DNA of 63,757 nt, the filler included, from Octopus bimaculoides (taxonomy: Eukaryota), in assembly GCF_001194135.2 (NCBI RefSeq). It is 8 parts of 8 records of this genome, joined end to end, with 100 filler letters (N's around TTAATTAATTAA, not from the genome) between each part and the next. Parts side by side here need not be neighbours in the genome. Positions count along the whole stretch, not along the records: positions 25,344 to 52,397 come from NC_068983.1; 7 more parts are not named here. One strand, written 5' to 3'. A model generated the notes under the pieces. That model saw only the letters and a list, made by a program, of their open reading frames with translations. It was not told where the DNA came from and did not search any database. The position numbers were made by a program, and so were the translations under genes. This document shows positions 39,616 to 50,780 of the stretch, one piece after another (the first letter of the stretch is position 1; each line of letters begins with the position of its first letter).

Positions 39616-40190
39616 TTCTCTTTCTATATTTTTTATTAAGTTAGAATTTCTCTGTTTTGGTCAGGATTTTTCCAATTTCTTTTTTCTTGTATCAAGTAAT
39701 GGACGAAAGCATTTAAAAATAAAATTAAATTCATAGAGCCGAACAAAATCAAAAATGTTAATTCTATTTTTTCTTTTCCTTAATACTAACAAGAGATTTG
39801 GCTGCTATATCTAACAAATTGAACAATAACACAGTGCTGTTCAATTGGCTCATTTGTTGATGTGTATAAGTAAACAAAAACTATTAGGTCGTCAAGTATG
39901 AAATTTCATACTTGACGACCTAATAAAAGACACACACACACACATACACATGAATATATATGAATGTATGTGTGTGTGTGTGCATCTCTGTGTGTGCGAT
40001 AACAAGTGTCGCGTGGTGTAAATAAACGCAACTTTCTCTTTTTATATTTTTTGTTAAGTTAGATTTACTCTGTTTTGGTCAGGATTTTTCCAATTTCTTT
40101 TTTCTTGTATCAAGCAACTGGCGAAAGCATTAAAAAAATTAAATTCATAGAGCCGAACAAAATCAAAAATATCAATTCTATTTTTTCCCT
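39616..40190 (+). repeat. ~165-bp direct repeat (39616-39780 and 40034-40190)
   Basis: Shared TCTGTTTTGGTCAGGATTTTTCCAATTTCTTTTTTCTTGTATCAAG...AAATTCATAGAGCCGAACAAAATCAAAAAT; about 90% identical. Confidence 0.85.
39884..39923. mobile_element. 40-bp mariner derivative made of two fused TIR ends
   Basis: TA|TTAGGTCGTCAAGTATGAAATTTCATACTTGACGACCTAA|TA is a perfect palindrome, with one mismatch in 23 nt to the TIR at 37553. Confidence 0.85.
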
Positions 40191-40375
40191 TTACTTTTTA
40201 CTTTCCTACAATATAATTGATTACCGTATCTTTGCATATTACGTGAGTATTTCAGAAATATTTGTACTTTTTAAACAAAAACTGTCTAATACATTCGTAT
40301 ATGTTTTTCAATTGAAACCCTCTGAATCATTCTAGAGATTTATTGTTTTAATAACAAGTTTTAAAATATGAATAA

Positions 40376-41060
40376 TTGCATGAGGGATGCAGCACGAGAG
40401 TAGAACGATTGCGGGATGTAGAACGATTGCGCGAGGAACAGCGGGAGGAAATAAGGAATCAAAATCGCGCGAGGATGAGACAGGGAAGAAACGAAATAAG
40501 CCAAGAGGAGAGGGAGAGTATCCTATGGCATAGGAGGGAAAGAAATCAGCAAAGGGTAGACAAATGAGTCAGGACCAAAGAGAAGTGTATTTTAAAAATA
40601 AGAGATAGAGATCAACAGAATTGAGAACCCATAAGTCAAGAGCAAAAGTAGCTGTACTTAGAAAGAAGGGAACATATGGACGAAGATGAAGGGTAGAATT
40701 CCTTTCAAGATATAAGAAACAGAGTTCAAGAAAGAAGGGAAAATATGGAAGAAGATGAAACACAGAATTATTTTATGACAGACAGAGCTCAAATAAGAAG
40801 ACGGAATATAATAAAAGAACACCAAACGTCTTAATTTACGATTGGTGAGATGAACGTAATATGCCTGCAGTGTCATGCACGTAGATTTCCGCAGGAAGCA
40901 TTTAATTGCTGCCGTAATGGTAAGGTTTCCTTGCCTTATCTACAAGAATATCCTGACCAGTTGAAACAACTTTTGGGGAATACCGACATTGAAGAAGTGA
41001 ACTTTAGACAGAGTATCAGAAACTATAACTCAATATATTCATTCGCCTCAACTGCCGTTG
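40376..41060 (+). mobile_element. Helitron Rep/helicase N-terminal fragment (zinc-finger region with upstream 23-aa R/E-rich repeats), degenerate
   Basis: MNVICLQCHARRFPQEAFNCCRNGKVSLP...LKQLL...NFRQSIRNYNSIYSFAS follows the Helitron CxxC...CCxxGKV...IRxYN pattern. Confidence 0.8.
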
Positions 41061-41089
41061 TAGCCTTGTCGCAATATATTTTTCTACTA

Positions 41090-41420
41090 TAGGCACAAGT
41101 CCTGAAATTTTGGGGGGAAGGGGGCCAGTCGATTAGATCGACCCCATTACGCAACTGGTACTTAATTTATCGACTCCGAAAAGATGAAAGGCAAAATCGA
41201 CCTCGGCTGAATTTGAACTCAGAACATAAAGACAGGCGAAATACCTATTTCTTTACTGCCCACAAGGGGCTACACACAGAGGGGACAAACAAGGACAGAC
41301 AAACGGATTAAGTCGATTATATCGACCCAGTGCGTAACTGGTACTTAATTTATCGACCCCGAAAGGATGAAAGGCAAAGTCGACCTCGGCGGAATTTGAA
41401 CTCAGAACGCAGTGGCAGAN
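41090..41420 (-). mobile_element. Nested family B SINEs
   Basis: The older copy is broken at GAAATACC by the tail TATTTCTTTACTGCCCACAAGGGG of a second copy. Confidence 0.85.
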
Positions 41421-41999
41421 NNNNNNNNNNNNNNNNNNNNNNNNNNNNNNNNNNNNNNNNNNNNNNNNNNNNNNNNNNNNNNNNNNNNNNNNNNNNNNNN
41501 NNNNNNNNNNNNNNNNNNNNNNNTTTTTTTTTTTTTTTTAAGAAGTCAAATCCTCAACTGCCAGTATGCTTAACGAAGGTCTATACATATCCAGCATATC
41601 TAGCGTGTGGGCTTTCCTATACTCAACGATTGTATGCAAGTATATGCACTAGCTTAGTAGAGAGCCAGCAGTTAACACTAACCGCTAAGCATTTCGCCCG
41701 GCGTGTTAACAATTCTGCCAGCTCGCCGCCTTTAACTGTCACAATATAGAAACATTTCTCATGGCACCAGCACGCAATTTGCAGCTGCTTACATTTTTTG
41801 TTTTCCGGGAATTTTTCACGAATCAAGCTAGTATAATAATTTCAGTGTATAATATATTGTTTTATGTCTACATTAAAATGCATGCTACAATTGTATATTT
41901 ATAAATCAGTGCAGATGAGGAAAGCTAGCTCATCAGATTGCCAGGGCACCATGGTTACACCAATGCTTCAACTCTATATATTAGCACTGCATTTTGAAC

Positions 42000-42812
42000 G
42001 CAGCGCTGGAATCTCTGGAAATGCAAGGTGCTGCGGCGTAATCACCAAACTACTCATGGATGCAAGCTCTGGTTTCACCGATAATATAGCACTGCTATCT
42101 GCATCAATAAGGGTAGAGCGTCAAACAATTGAGAAGGGCGTCAAACAAGGAGATGCTAGTTCTCTAAAGCTCTTCACCACATGTCAAAAAATGGTCATAA
42201 GAGATGTTGACTGGACAGGTGGCCTGAACACCAACGGTGAGTTACTAATACACCTCTAATTCGCAGATGACGTATTTTCACCAAAATCACATATCAGACC
42301 ATACTGATAAAGTTGGACGCCCATAGCTCAGCAGTAGGGCTCAAAAATGAACTGCATGAAAACAAAATACATGCGGTCCAAAAACGTAACACAAGGCCGA
42401 ATAGAGGTGAGGAGTAGAAAATCGAGGAGGTAGAGAAATATGTCTACTTGGGGCACACAGCTGATATGAGCCTAGATATAGATGCTGGCTTCTCAAAGAG
42501 AATAAGGGCAGGATGGAAGGCGTTTGCCTCCACAAAAAGTCTTCAAAGTAAGCTGGACAAGACCATTGTGCAAAACTCTTCAATAGTACCATCCGACAGG
42601 CGTTTTTATATGGTAGTGAGGCGTGTGCTTTTACGAGAATGGAAGAACATCGATTGGCTACGACGCAAACGGCCATGGAAAGAACTATGCTAGGAATATC
42701 ATTGCTTGATCATATTCGAAATGATATAATTCGAGAACGGATCGGATTGAACGACGTGATCGAACGAGATCTAAAACACAAGTTCCGCAGGGTCGGACAT
42801 GTGGCAAGGTTC
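42000..42812 (+). mobile_element. Degenerate RTE-clade LINE reverse transcriptase fragment
   Basis: KGVKQGDASSLKLF, HL*FADD, GLKMNCMKTKYM, YVYLGH, RIRAGWKAF, AMERTMLGISLLDHIRN and VGHVAR. Confidence 0.9.
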
Positions 42813-42938
42813 TTGTGCATTATTTATGTCAGTATACATTTGTGTCAATTATTTATTTTTCATGATCCTTAATTTTTTCTGGGGAGCATTTTTACATGAA
42901 CGCAGAGAATGCATTTCACTGTGAGTTTGGGATATATA

Positions 42939-43750
42939 CCGTAAATCCTCGAGTATAGTAAGCCCTTGAGTATAATATGCAGGGGATTTTTAGGGGGTGT
43001 ACCTCTGAAAAACCTAAACCTTGTGTATAATACGCACCCCTTCTCTAACTTGAGTCAAGGAGGTCTATATAACGTCCTTGGTTTGTAAACATATATACGG
43101 TAACGTCCTTTATTATTATTGTATATATAACATAATGCATACGTGTAACTTTTTTGTACACTTTGTTTGCAGAAAATAAAGAAATAACAGTAATAACGTC
43201 AGTGAAAAATAAATATTAAGTTAATAAATATTAAGTTAATTGCCTTTCACATATTTATCACTATCAGTTGCAAAAGCAAAAGCAAAAGCAAAAACATTTA
43301 TTCAAATCCTTCAAATTCAACGTCACTTTCAGTATCAAATAACTGTTCCATTTGTTCCTCTGTAAACGTGTCAGCATCATTGTAGTGTAAATCTCCGTCA
43401 TCGTCAGATTCATAGTCAACATCAGAAGATTCACTTTCATTTATTTCATCTTTCTATACAACGTCATCCTGAGTACCATCCAGTGCAGACGATATACAAC
43501 ACTTTTATTTTAATAAATGTTGCTTACTGCAATTTATGGATGATTCTTTTATGACTTCAGGCTTAGCTTAAGGTATTTTCGCGTCCGACATTACAAAATG
43601 TGTCTGAATAAATATTGCCGGACAGCAAATAGAGACTCGGACATTACTTAGAAAATATTTTTAATTTTTAACCTCGTATATAGTACGCACTAGGGATTTT
43701 GACCGTTAAATTTTGGGAAAAAAATGCGGATTATATTCGAGGATTTGCAG
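42939..43750 (-). mobile_element. Non-autonomous pogo/Tc2-like DNA transposon
   Basis: TA|CCGTAAATCCTCGAGTATAGT and ATTATATTCGAGGATTTGCAG|TA TIRs. Minus-strand remnant KCCISSALDGTQDD followed by an acidic tail ending EFEGFE*. Confidence 0.85.
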
Positions 43751-43825
43751 TATATCTAAAAACCTTAATCTTTTCTCTCTCTCTTTTTTTTTTGTCAAAC
43801 CAATACTGGTACTGTGTTTCTTAGC

Positions 43826-43938
43826 CAAGACACCTGCAGTGGTGTACTGTCGGATTGCTTGCAAGACACCTGTAGAGGTGTACCTGTCAGGTCGCTTGTA
43901 AGACATCTGTAAAGGTGTACTGTCAGGTTGCTTTCAAG
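43826..43938. repeat. Three-copy 36-37-bp minisatellite, each unit with an ACACC-N6-GGTGT-type hairpin
   Basis: Units CAAGACACCTGCAGTGGTGTACTGTCGGATTGCTTG, CAAGACACCTGTAGAGGTGTACCTGTCAGGTCGCTTG and TAAGACATCTGTAAAGGTGTACTGTCAGGTTGCTTT. Confidence 0.85.
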
Positions 43939-44161
43939 CGCGACTGATAACATGTAACCAGTATAACTTGCAGCATGGTTGGGTCATCAGTGGCTAAAAT
44001 GGCAACTTCATTATATTCATATGGTAAGGAGGATGATTTTGGACACTTTGCAGGATAAAAAGCTAGGCGTGTCAAAAGGCAAATAAACTCAGAGGAAACA
44101 ATAGCTATCCAATTTTGTGTCTGCATTCAAATGAGACATAAAAAATACGAAATCTTCATCT

Positions 44162-44192
<31 letters not shown>

Positions 44193-44196
44193 TGCG

Positions 44197-44253
<57 letters not shown>

Positions 44254-44604
44254 CTAAATATGCATTTAAATGTTTATATGATATATTCATACATGTAAGC
44301 ATATGTATAAACATATATAGACACAATGTTAGATACATAAGTACGAGAATGAAATTTGTCTAGGGGATGCAAATCCGGATCCAAATTTTTCTACAAACAA
44401 GGTTAAGTTTTTTAATCTTAAAATCAAAACAAACACAAATGAGTAATGATTTAAAATTTTGGCTCAAGGCCAGAAATTTCGTGTTTATATGATATATTCA
44501 GTCGATTAAATTGTCCTCGGTGCTTAATTCGTACTTACTTTGTCAACCCTGAGGGGATGAAAGGCAAAGTTAACCCTAGCGGAATACACAGATTAACAAT
44601 AATC

Positions 44605-44930
44605 CTTTTTACTAAAGGCACAAGGCCTGAAATTTGTGGGGAGGGGACTTGTCGATTATATATAGATGCTGGCTTCTCGAAGAGAATAAGGGCGGGATGG
44701 AAGGCGTTTGCTTCAACAAAAAAGTCTTCAAAGTAAAGCTGGACAAGACCATTGTGCAAAACTCTTCAATAGTACCATCCTACTGGGTGTTTTACTGGTA
44801 CTTAATTTATCGACCCAAAATGATGAAAAGCAAAGGTGACCTCGGCGGAATTTGAACTCAGAGCGTAGCGACAGGCGAAATACCGGTAAACAATTCGTCC
44901 AGCGTGCTAACGATTCTGCCAGCTCGCTAC
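44605..44930 (-). mobile_element. Family B SINE interrupted by a 120-bp RTE segment (44661-44780)
   Basis: SINE consensus on both sides; the insert is about 94% identical to 42477-42594. Confidence 0.85.
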
Positions 44931-45289
44931 CGTAAACAGGTTAATGATAATAATAATAATTATTATTATATTTGTACATTAATCAAATCGCATAGATCCA
45001 ATAGTGGAAAAGTAATGTTTCAGATTAGTCCAATAACATTTCTACGCTCTTTCGTTTTGGCGATGGAGTTTTTCAGGAGGACGTTCAAAGCGCTTTCATT
45101 ACCCTGCAAAATTTTAGTGGGTTCGCCTGCACCCCCTGCTCTCCCTATTCTCAAGTCAGTGATTGGATAGCCTTTGTCTTTCCTTAGTTTGATAGATTTT
45201 GTTTCACATCATGCAAGATGAGCTACAATCACTTTCCTCACCCAGCATGCTTGGTTGGTTGCCGTTTTAGTCGCCGACGGCCTGATTAT

Positions 45290-45326
<37 letters not shown>

Positions 45327-46601
45327 CACACACACACACACATAGTTTGTACAAACATATATGCATCATACATATATACGTGCATTAATACATACATATA
45401 GGCAGGCAGACAGTCAGTCAAATATGCATGCACACAAATTCCATTTACAAGGCATTGTGCATGTGTGTCTTCTTGTCTATATATTGCACAACAGCTGTAA
45501 ATAAGTGTCATCATCATAAAAACAGCGTCCTTCACTTCCAATCTTCTGTTGAAACATGTTCATCCATGGGAAAATTATTACTTTTGCTGGAAACAGGACA
45601 AGGTTGGTAACAGCAAGGACATCTGCTCCAATGACCCCATTTGACTCGTGCAAGCACACAGCAAAGACGGCATATAGCATTGCATGCGAATGCATGCAAT
45701 GGTATGTGTTTTTGTAGTGGATGAGTAAATTGAAGCATAATGGGAAACAGTGTGATAAGCTAAGAGTTCTGCTATTGTGGCACTGCGTCAGTTAACAAAT
45801 ATTTCTCCTTTATATACTGCTTATTTCTATGGATAGTTGATTTTAGTAATATTCTTTTTCATAAACGATCTGCAGCTGTTTAAAGATGGGACCGACGGTA
45901 ATTTGATTTCTAAATCTCAATATTCGTCTTGCTTATAATTCTGACAAAACGTTTAACGGGAGCAATGAGTTAACCATTCTAAACACACGATAACTATTAA
46001 AATTCTATTCTCGTTGGCGCATAGCGAACGAAGTTGCTAATCTTAACTCTGAACTTCTCAAACAACCAAGTATTCGGGTAGAAGTACCCCCATTTAAGTA
46101 AAATAATCCTCCTAACTATATTGTTTTGCATTTAAAGTGTTATGTTAGCAGCATTTCAAATACAGTTTGCTTCAATTGAAACATCTTAAGTTATCAAGCA
46201 ACGATAAGCACAGTACAAATAAACATTTTATGGGTGTATACTAAACTAGTAGCCTATTTCCTCTCGTGTCCAGCATTTCCTGTCAAACATGACGTTTGGT
46301 TATTCCTCTTGCACAGGAAATAATATAAATTGACCTTGACTGAGAAATGATTACAACATTATAGGATTCCAGCTTTTTAATTTCTTTTCGACAAGTGCAA
46401 ACTGTTAAAAGTGAAGAAAATACACACACTCACATGTACAAATACACGAACATACACGTAAAGATACGTGTATACACATATACAGATACAAGCAAGAACT
46501 GTATGTATATGCATGAATGTGTGTATATTTGAGCACGCGTGCGCGTTTTCTGAGTGTACTATTCTTGAGAGAGATAGAGAGAAAGAGAGAGTATTCATAT
46601 A

Positions 46602-46818
46602 CGAAATGGGGCTGAAAAGTTCCTGGCTTTGGGTAAAAGAAAATACAGGAGGATAAGTTAATTATGGTTTTATTCAACATATTCCCCTCTCAGGTTCACA
46701 CACTTATTGCAGCGGTACTTCAGTTTTTCCAAGCCTTGTAAAAGAACTCGGAAGGTTGGGATTCCAACCAGGCCTTTCGCGACACCCATAAAATCAGGAA
46801 CTTTTCAGCACCCCCTCG
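46602..46818. mobile_element. Mariner-derived MITE
   Basis: TIRs ...GGGGCTGAAAAGTTCCTG and CAGGAACTTTTCAGCACCCCCTCG, TA on both sides. Retains the minus-strand transposase end LEKLKYRCNKCVNLRGEYVE*. Confidence 0.9.
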
Positions 46819-46830
46819 TACATGCATATA

Positions 46831-46974
46831 CATACTAAGTGTTTAAGCAATAATTTAGAACTATTGGGGTTTTCAGATGACGAAAGAGAACTTCTAACAA
46901 GAAATCCCACAAATGTCGACCAGACTACTCTTGAAGTTGATAAGTACCCGGAGGTTAAAAAGTGGGGTGGCTGA
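46831..46974 (+). mobile_element. Probable degenerate RLE-LINE C-terminal fragment
   Basis: KCLSNNLELLGFSDDERELL aligns with CLSANREKLGFSKPER at about 33150-33205. Confidence 0.4.
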
Positions 46975-47324
46975 AAGCTAACATTTGAATAAAAAATAAA
47001 GATACAAAATAAATAAACAAATACAATTTGTCAATATACATTTCTGATATATGCATATGCAATTTGTTTTATTGCCCTTTTTATATTGTTTCCCAAATAT
47101 AATAAATTAGTTATTCAAGTACAACACCGACTTTCGGGACACTGATGATCCGGAACCTCGCAAATCTGCACTAATTTACGAGCAGGGAGTTCAAATTCCC
47201 ACGATTACTAGATTACTATAATGGTACCTAGCACAGTAGAGTTTTAATAAACTTGTATAAATCATATTAATGTACAGGTACATCTATTTTATTCAATTAT
47301 TTATGCATATTTTATTATTTATTT

Positions 47325-48420
47325 GCATCTTTCTGGTTTTCGTCACTGTTTATAATTTTGCTCCAACTGTTTTCAAATTTGTTTCATGGATTAAGTTTTG
47401 TATACTAATTATGAAAATGAAATTCATTTTTCCTATAAATCCATAATTGAAAGGTTATTAGCCTTTAAAATTTGCAAAATCTGGTTATTTTAACCAATCA
47501 GAAGCGCGTATTTAACACATCACTGGGGCGAAAAACTGTTTCCATAGTAACCAAAGATGCTGCGCATGCGCACAAAGAGTGTAACCGCGAAATTGAGTGT
47601 AATCAACAAATTGAGAGTACCTGAGCATCTTTAAAGCGTGGAAACAAATGCCGGTGTGGGACGCACCCTTCCTTAGTTGACTTATCTTTGTGAATTTATG
47701 TGGAGAAGGAGATATGAGAAAGATAATTTATTTTATAAAATCTTACAGTGTATTGCAAACTTTTGAATTTTTTAAACTAATTAATGTATGTTTTAAGCAA
47801 TGTTTTGACTTTTATTTCTAGCAACTCCTGTTGGTTTGCTCGTAGCTTTTAAATATTTAATTTACTCTAGAATGTTTTTCACTGTTTTCACTATTTACTT
47901 TGCTCGTGTATATTTTAATATCTTAACTGTTATTTCTAGCAACTCCTGTTGGTTTGTTCGTAGCTTTTAAATATTTAATTTGTTCGCGAATGTTTTAATG
48001 TTAACTTTGCTCGTGAAAATTTTAATGTCTTGACTGTTATTTCTAGCAACTCCTGTTCGTTCGTTCGTTCGTTCGTTCGTTCGTTCGTTCGTTCGTTCGT
48101 TCGTAGCTTTTAAATATTTAATTTGCTCGCGAATGTTTTCACGTTTTTCAGTTTACTGTAGCTAGTTTAATGTTTTGACATGCCGAAGCCCCCGCTTCCG
48201 CACCCCGATGATGGAAGAGGCAGCGAACGCACTGTTTTCTGATTGGCTGAAAATTATGAAAATTATCAAACTTTGAACACCTGTAACATTTTTGCAAAAT
48301 TTTTCAGGAATAAACGAATAACAAATTCCGATTCAGCGTCAAAAATTACATCTATATGATACATAAAAAAATTTTTTTTTTGAGATAATTGTAAACAGTG
48401 ACGAAAATCACAAAAATCCA
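47325..48420. mobile_element. Non-autonomous DNA-transposon-like element with imperfect TIRs and an internal three-unit (~110 bp) tandem array
   Basis: TTTTCGTCACTGTTTATAATT (47337) is inverted to AATTGTAAACAGTGACGAAAA (48387). CCAATCAG at 47494 is inverted to CTGATTGG at 48239. Units begin TTATTTCTAGCAACTCCTGTT. Confidence 0.6.
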
Positions 48421-48464
48421 TTTATTTAATTCAAAGTGTGTTGACCAAGGCGACCTCCCTTGGT

Positions 48465-49200
48465 TCATACCTTGGACAAGTATCTTCTACTATAGCTTCG
48501 GGCCGACTAAAGCCATGTGCGTGGATTTGATAGACGGAAAGTGGAAAAAGTCAGTCATGTGTTTGATAATTTTTACTACATTGGTGCTGCTTCTATTTCA
48601 TATTTGAATTGATTCTTACGTATGCATTGTCGTCTGGGTATACTCGCACATGACTTGAGTATATAAGTCGTGAACTCGTGAAGTGATTCAGTTCCGATCC
48701 TGTCGAGTATGTGATGTTGACAAGCCACAAAAATGGGGGAACATCGATATCCATCACTCCTAGATGGGTTTGAGTTGTTTCGCTTGTCCATCACTCTAAG
48801 GTATTTTAACACCTGGCGCCTTGAGAGAGTATTTTCCACCACACCAATAACAGCTTATGGGCAAATACGCATGTACATTAAGTATATGTGGTTGATAATA
48901 CACACACACACACACGTATGTATGTATATATGTCTGTTTGTATGTATGTATGTATGTATGTATGTATGTATGTGCGTGTGCATGCGCGCACGCGTCTTTG
49001 TGTCTGTGTCCCCGCCCCCACCGCTTGACAGCTGGTGTTGGTTTGTCTACGTCGCCGTAACGTAGCGGATCGGCAAAAGTGACCACTAGGCTGCAAAAAA
49101 AAAAAAAGTACTGGGGTCGATTCTTTCGGCTAAAAACTCTTCAAAGTGGTGTCCCAGCATGGCCACAGTCTAACAACTGAAACATGTAAAAGATAAAAAA
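48465..49200 (+). mobile_element. SINE family A pieces (48465-48560 and 48995-49200)
   Basis: CTTGGACAAGTATCTTCTACTATAGC...GATAGACGGAAA; then GCTTGACAGCTGGTGTTGG...CAGCATGGCCACAGTC. Confidence 0.65.
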
Positions 49201-49439
49201 TAATCCGGAAAGGTTTTAGATCCAAAAGTTCCGAAAAATCGATGTTGTACCTGTTATAATTTACCATTAATTGGAATCGCAAGACAGTGAAAAATTTTAT
49301 GGAATACTTATTTCTATATATCATAGATTCATTGATTTAGCTACCCTTCANNNNNNNNNNNNNNNNNNNNNNNNNNNNNNNNNNNNNNNNNNNNNNNNNN
49401 NNNNNNNNNNNNNNNNNNNNNNNNNNNNNNNNNNNNNNG

Positions 49440-49511
49440 TGTGTGCACTGCTGTAAGATTGCGTTGCAGTTTAATTTCCGCTATCATTGTCGTGCTAGTC
49501 TTTTTGATTTT

Positions 49512-49573
<62 letters not shown>

Positions 49574-50780
49574 TTGCTCTCGCTCTGTCTGTCTCACTTC
49601 CTCTCTCTTTGTCGCTCTGTTTGTCTGTCTGTCTGTTTCTCTCTCCCTCTCTTTCTCTCTCTTTCTCTGTAATGGACCTGAGCTCAGCCAGTGGGATTAA
49701 TAGCGTTACGTTTAGTATACACTCCTAACTTGAATGACAGCGAATACTGTAATATCAGAATAGTCATTTAATGCATTTACTGAATAATATATTGAGTCCC
49801 ATGCACTAAATTAGTCATTTTATAATGAATTAGAAATAATTTATTTTTTGTATTTAATGATTAATAAATATAGCTTTTGTCTAGGTAGGCATTGTCTTCT
49901 CATAAAAGACGACGTGTCCTTGATTTTGAATGCTAAGTGATGTCTGTGGGCTCAACTGCGAATAAAATTTCCGTCAACGGCTGCTCTAATTAAAATTTTT
50001 TTTTAAACCCTGAGAGGTCAAAAAGTAAAGAGAGCGAAAAATACATTTATTTGTTTTGAACTTAAATAGCAAATAAAGTTATAAATAATCGTTTCTATTA
50101 CAGGCACAAGGNNNNNNNNNNNNNNNNNNNNNNNNNNNNNNNNNNNNNNNNNNNNNNNNNNNNNNNNCTGCCAGCTCGCCGTCTTTAGAACAGAAGGCAA
50201 AGTTGACCTCGGCGGGATTTCAGCTCAGAATATAAAGAATGAGAAGTGCTGCCAAGCATTTTATCCGACACGCTAACAATTTTGGCAATAAAATAATAAC
50301 AGCAACAAGCGTGTATATTCTTTTCTATTCTGGGTACAAGGCCCGAAATTTTGGGGGAGGGGACCCCAGGACGCAATTGGCACTTAATTTATCGGCCCCA
50401 AAAGGCCAAGTCAACCTCAGCAGAATTTGAACTCAGAACATAAAGACAGACGAAATACCACTAAGTATTTCGCCGGTGTGCAAACGTTTCTTATTTCTTT
50501 ATTGTCCACAAGGGACTAAACATAGAGAGGACAAACAAGGACAGTCAAACGGATTAAGTCGACCCAGTATGTAACTAGTACTTATTTAGTCGACCCTGAA
50601 AAGATGAAAGGCAAAGTAGACCTCGGCGGAATTTGAACTCAGAACGTAACGGCAGACGAAATATCGCTAAGCATTTCGCCCGGCGTGCTAACGTTTCTGC
50701 CGGCTCTCCGCCTACAAACATGTGTTTTGGATTAAAAAGTGTAAACATGACAAGCGATGTACTACAGGTCAAAAGCAAAG
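49440..50780 (-). repeat. Copy 2 of the inverted duplication, expanded by later insertions
   Basis: Collinear with 36525-37075; extra ~200 bp near 49670-49825 and extra SINEs near 50320-50715. Confidence 0.8.
50168..50715 (-). mobile_element. Cluster of family B SINEs including a nested pair
   Basis: Repeated GAATTTGAACTCAGAAC; junction AAACGTTTCT|TATTTCTTTATTG near 50490. Confidence 0.85.

Noticed and set aside
43826-43938. CRISPR-like array
   Set aside because: Contiguous units with no spacers, no cas genes, and a eukaryotic context.
45876-46097. Possible small plus-strand exons (LFKDGTD; ANEVANLNSELLKQPSIR)
   Set aside because: Weak donors, very short, and no phase-consistent link to any further exon.
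46859-46993. Apparent terminal host exon (ELLGFSDDERELL...KKWGG*) with AATAAA
   Set aside because: The in-frame upstream sequence KCLSNNLELLGFS matches the RLE-LINE C-terminus at about 33.2 kb, so TE origin is likelier; exaptation cannot be excluded without RNA-seq.
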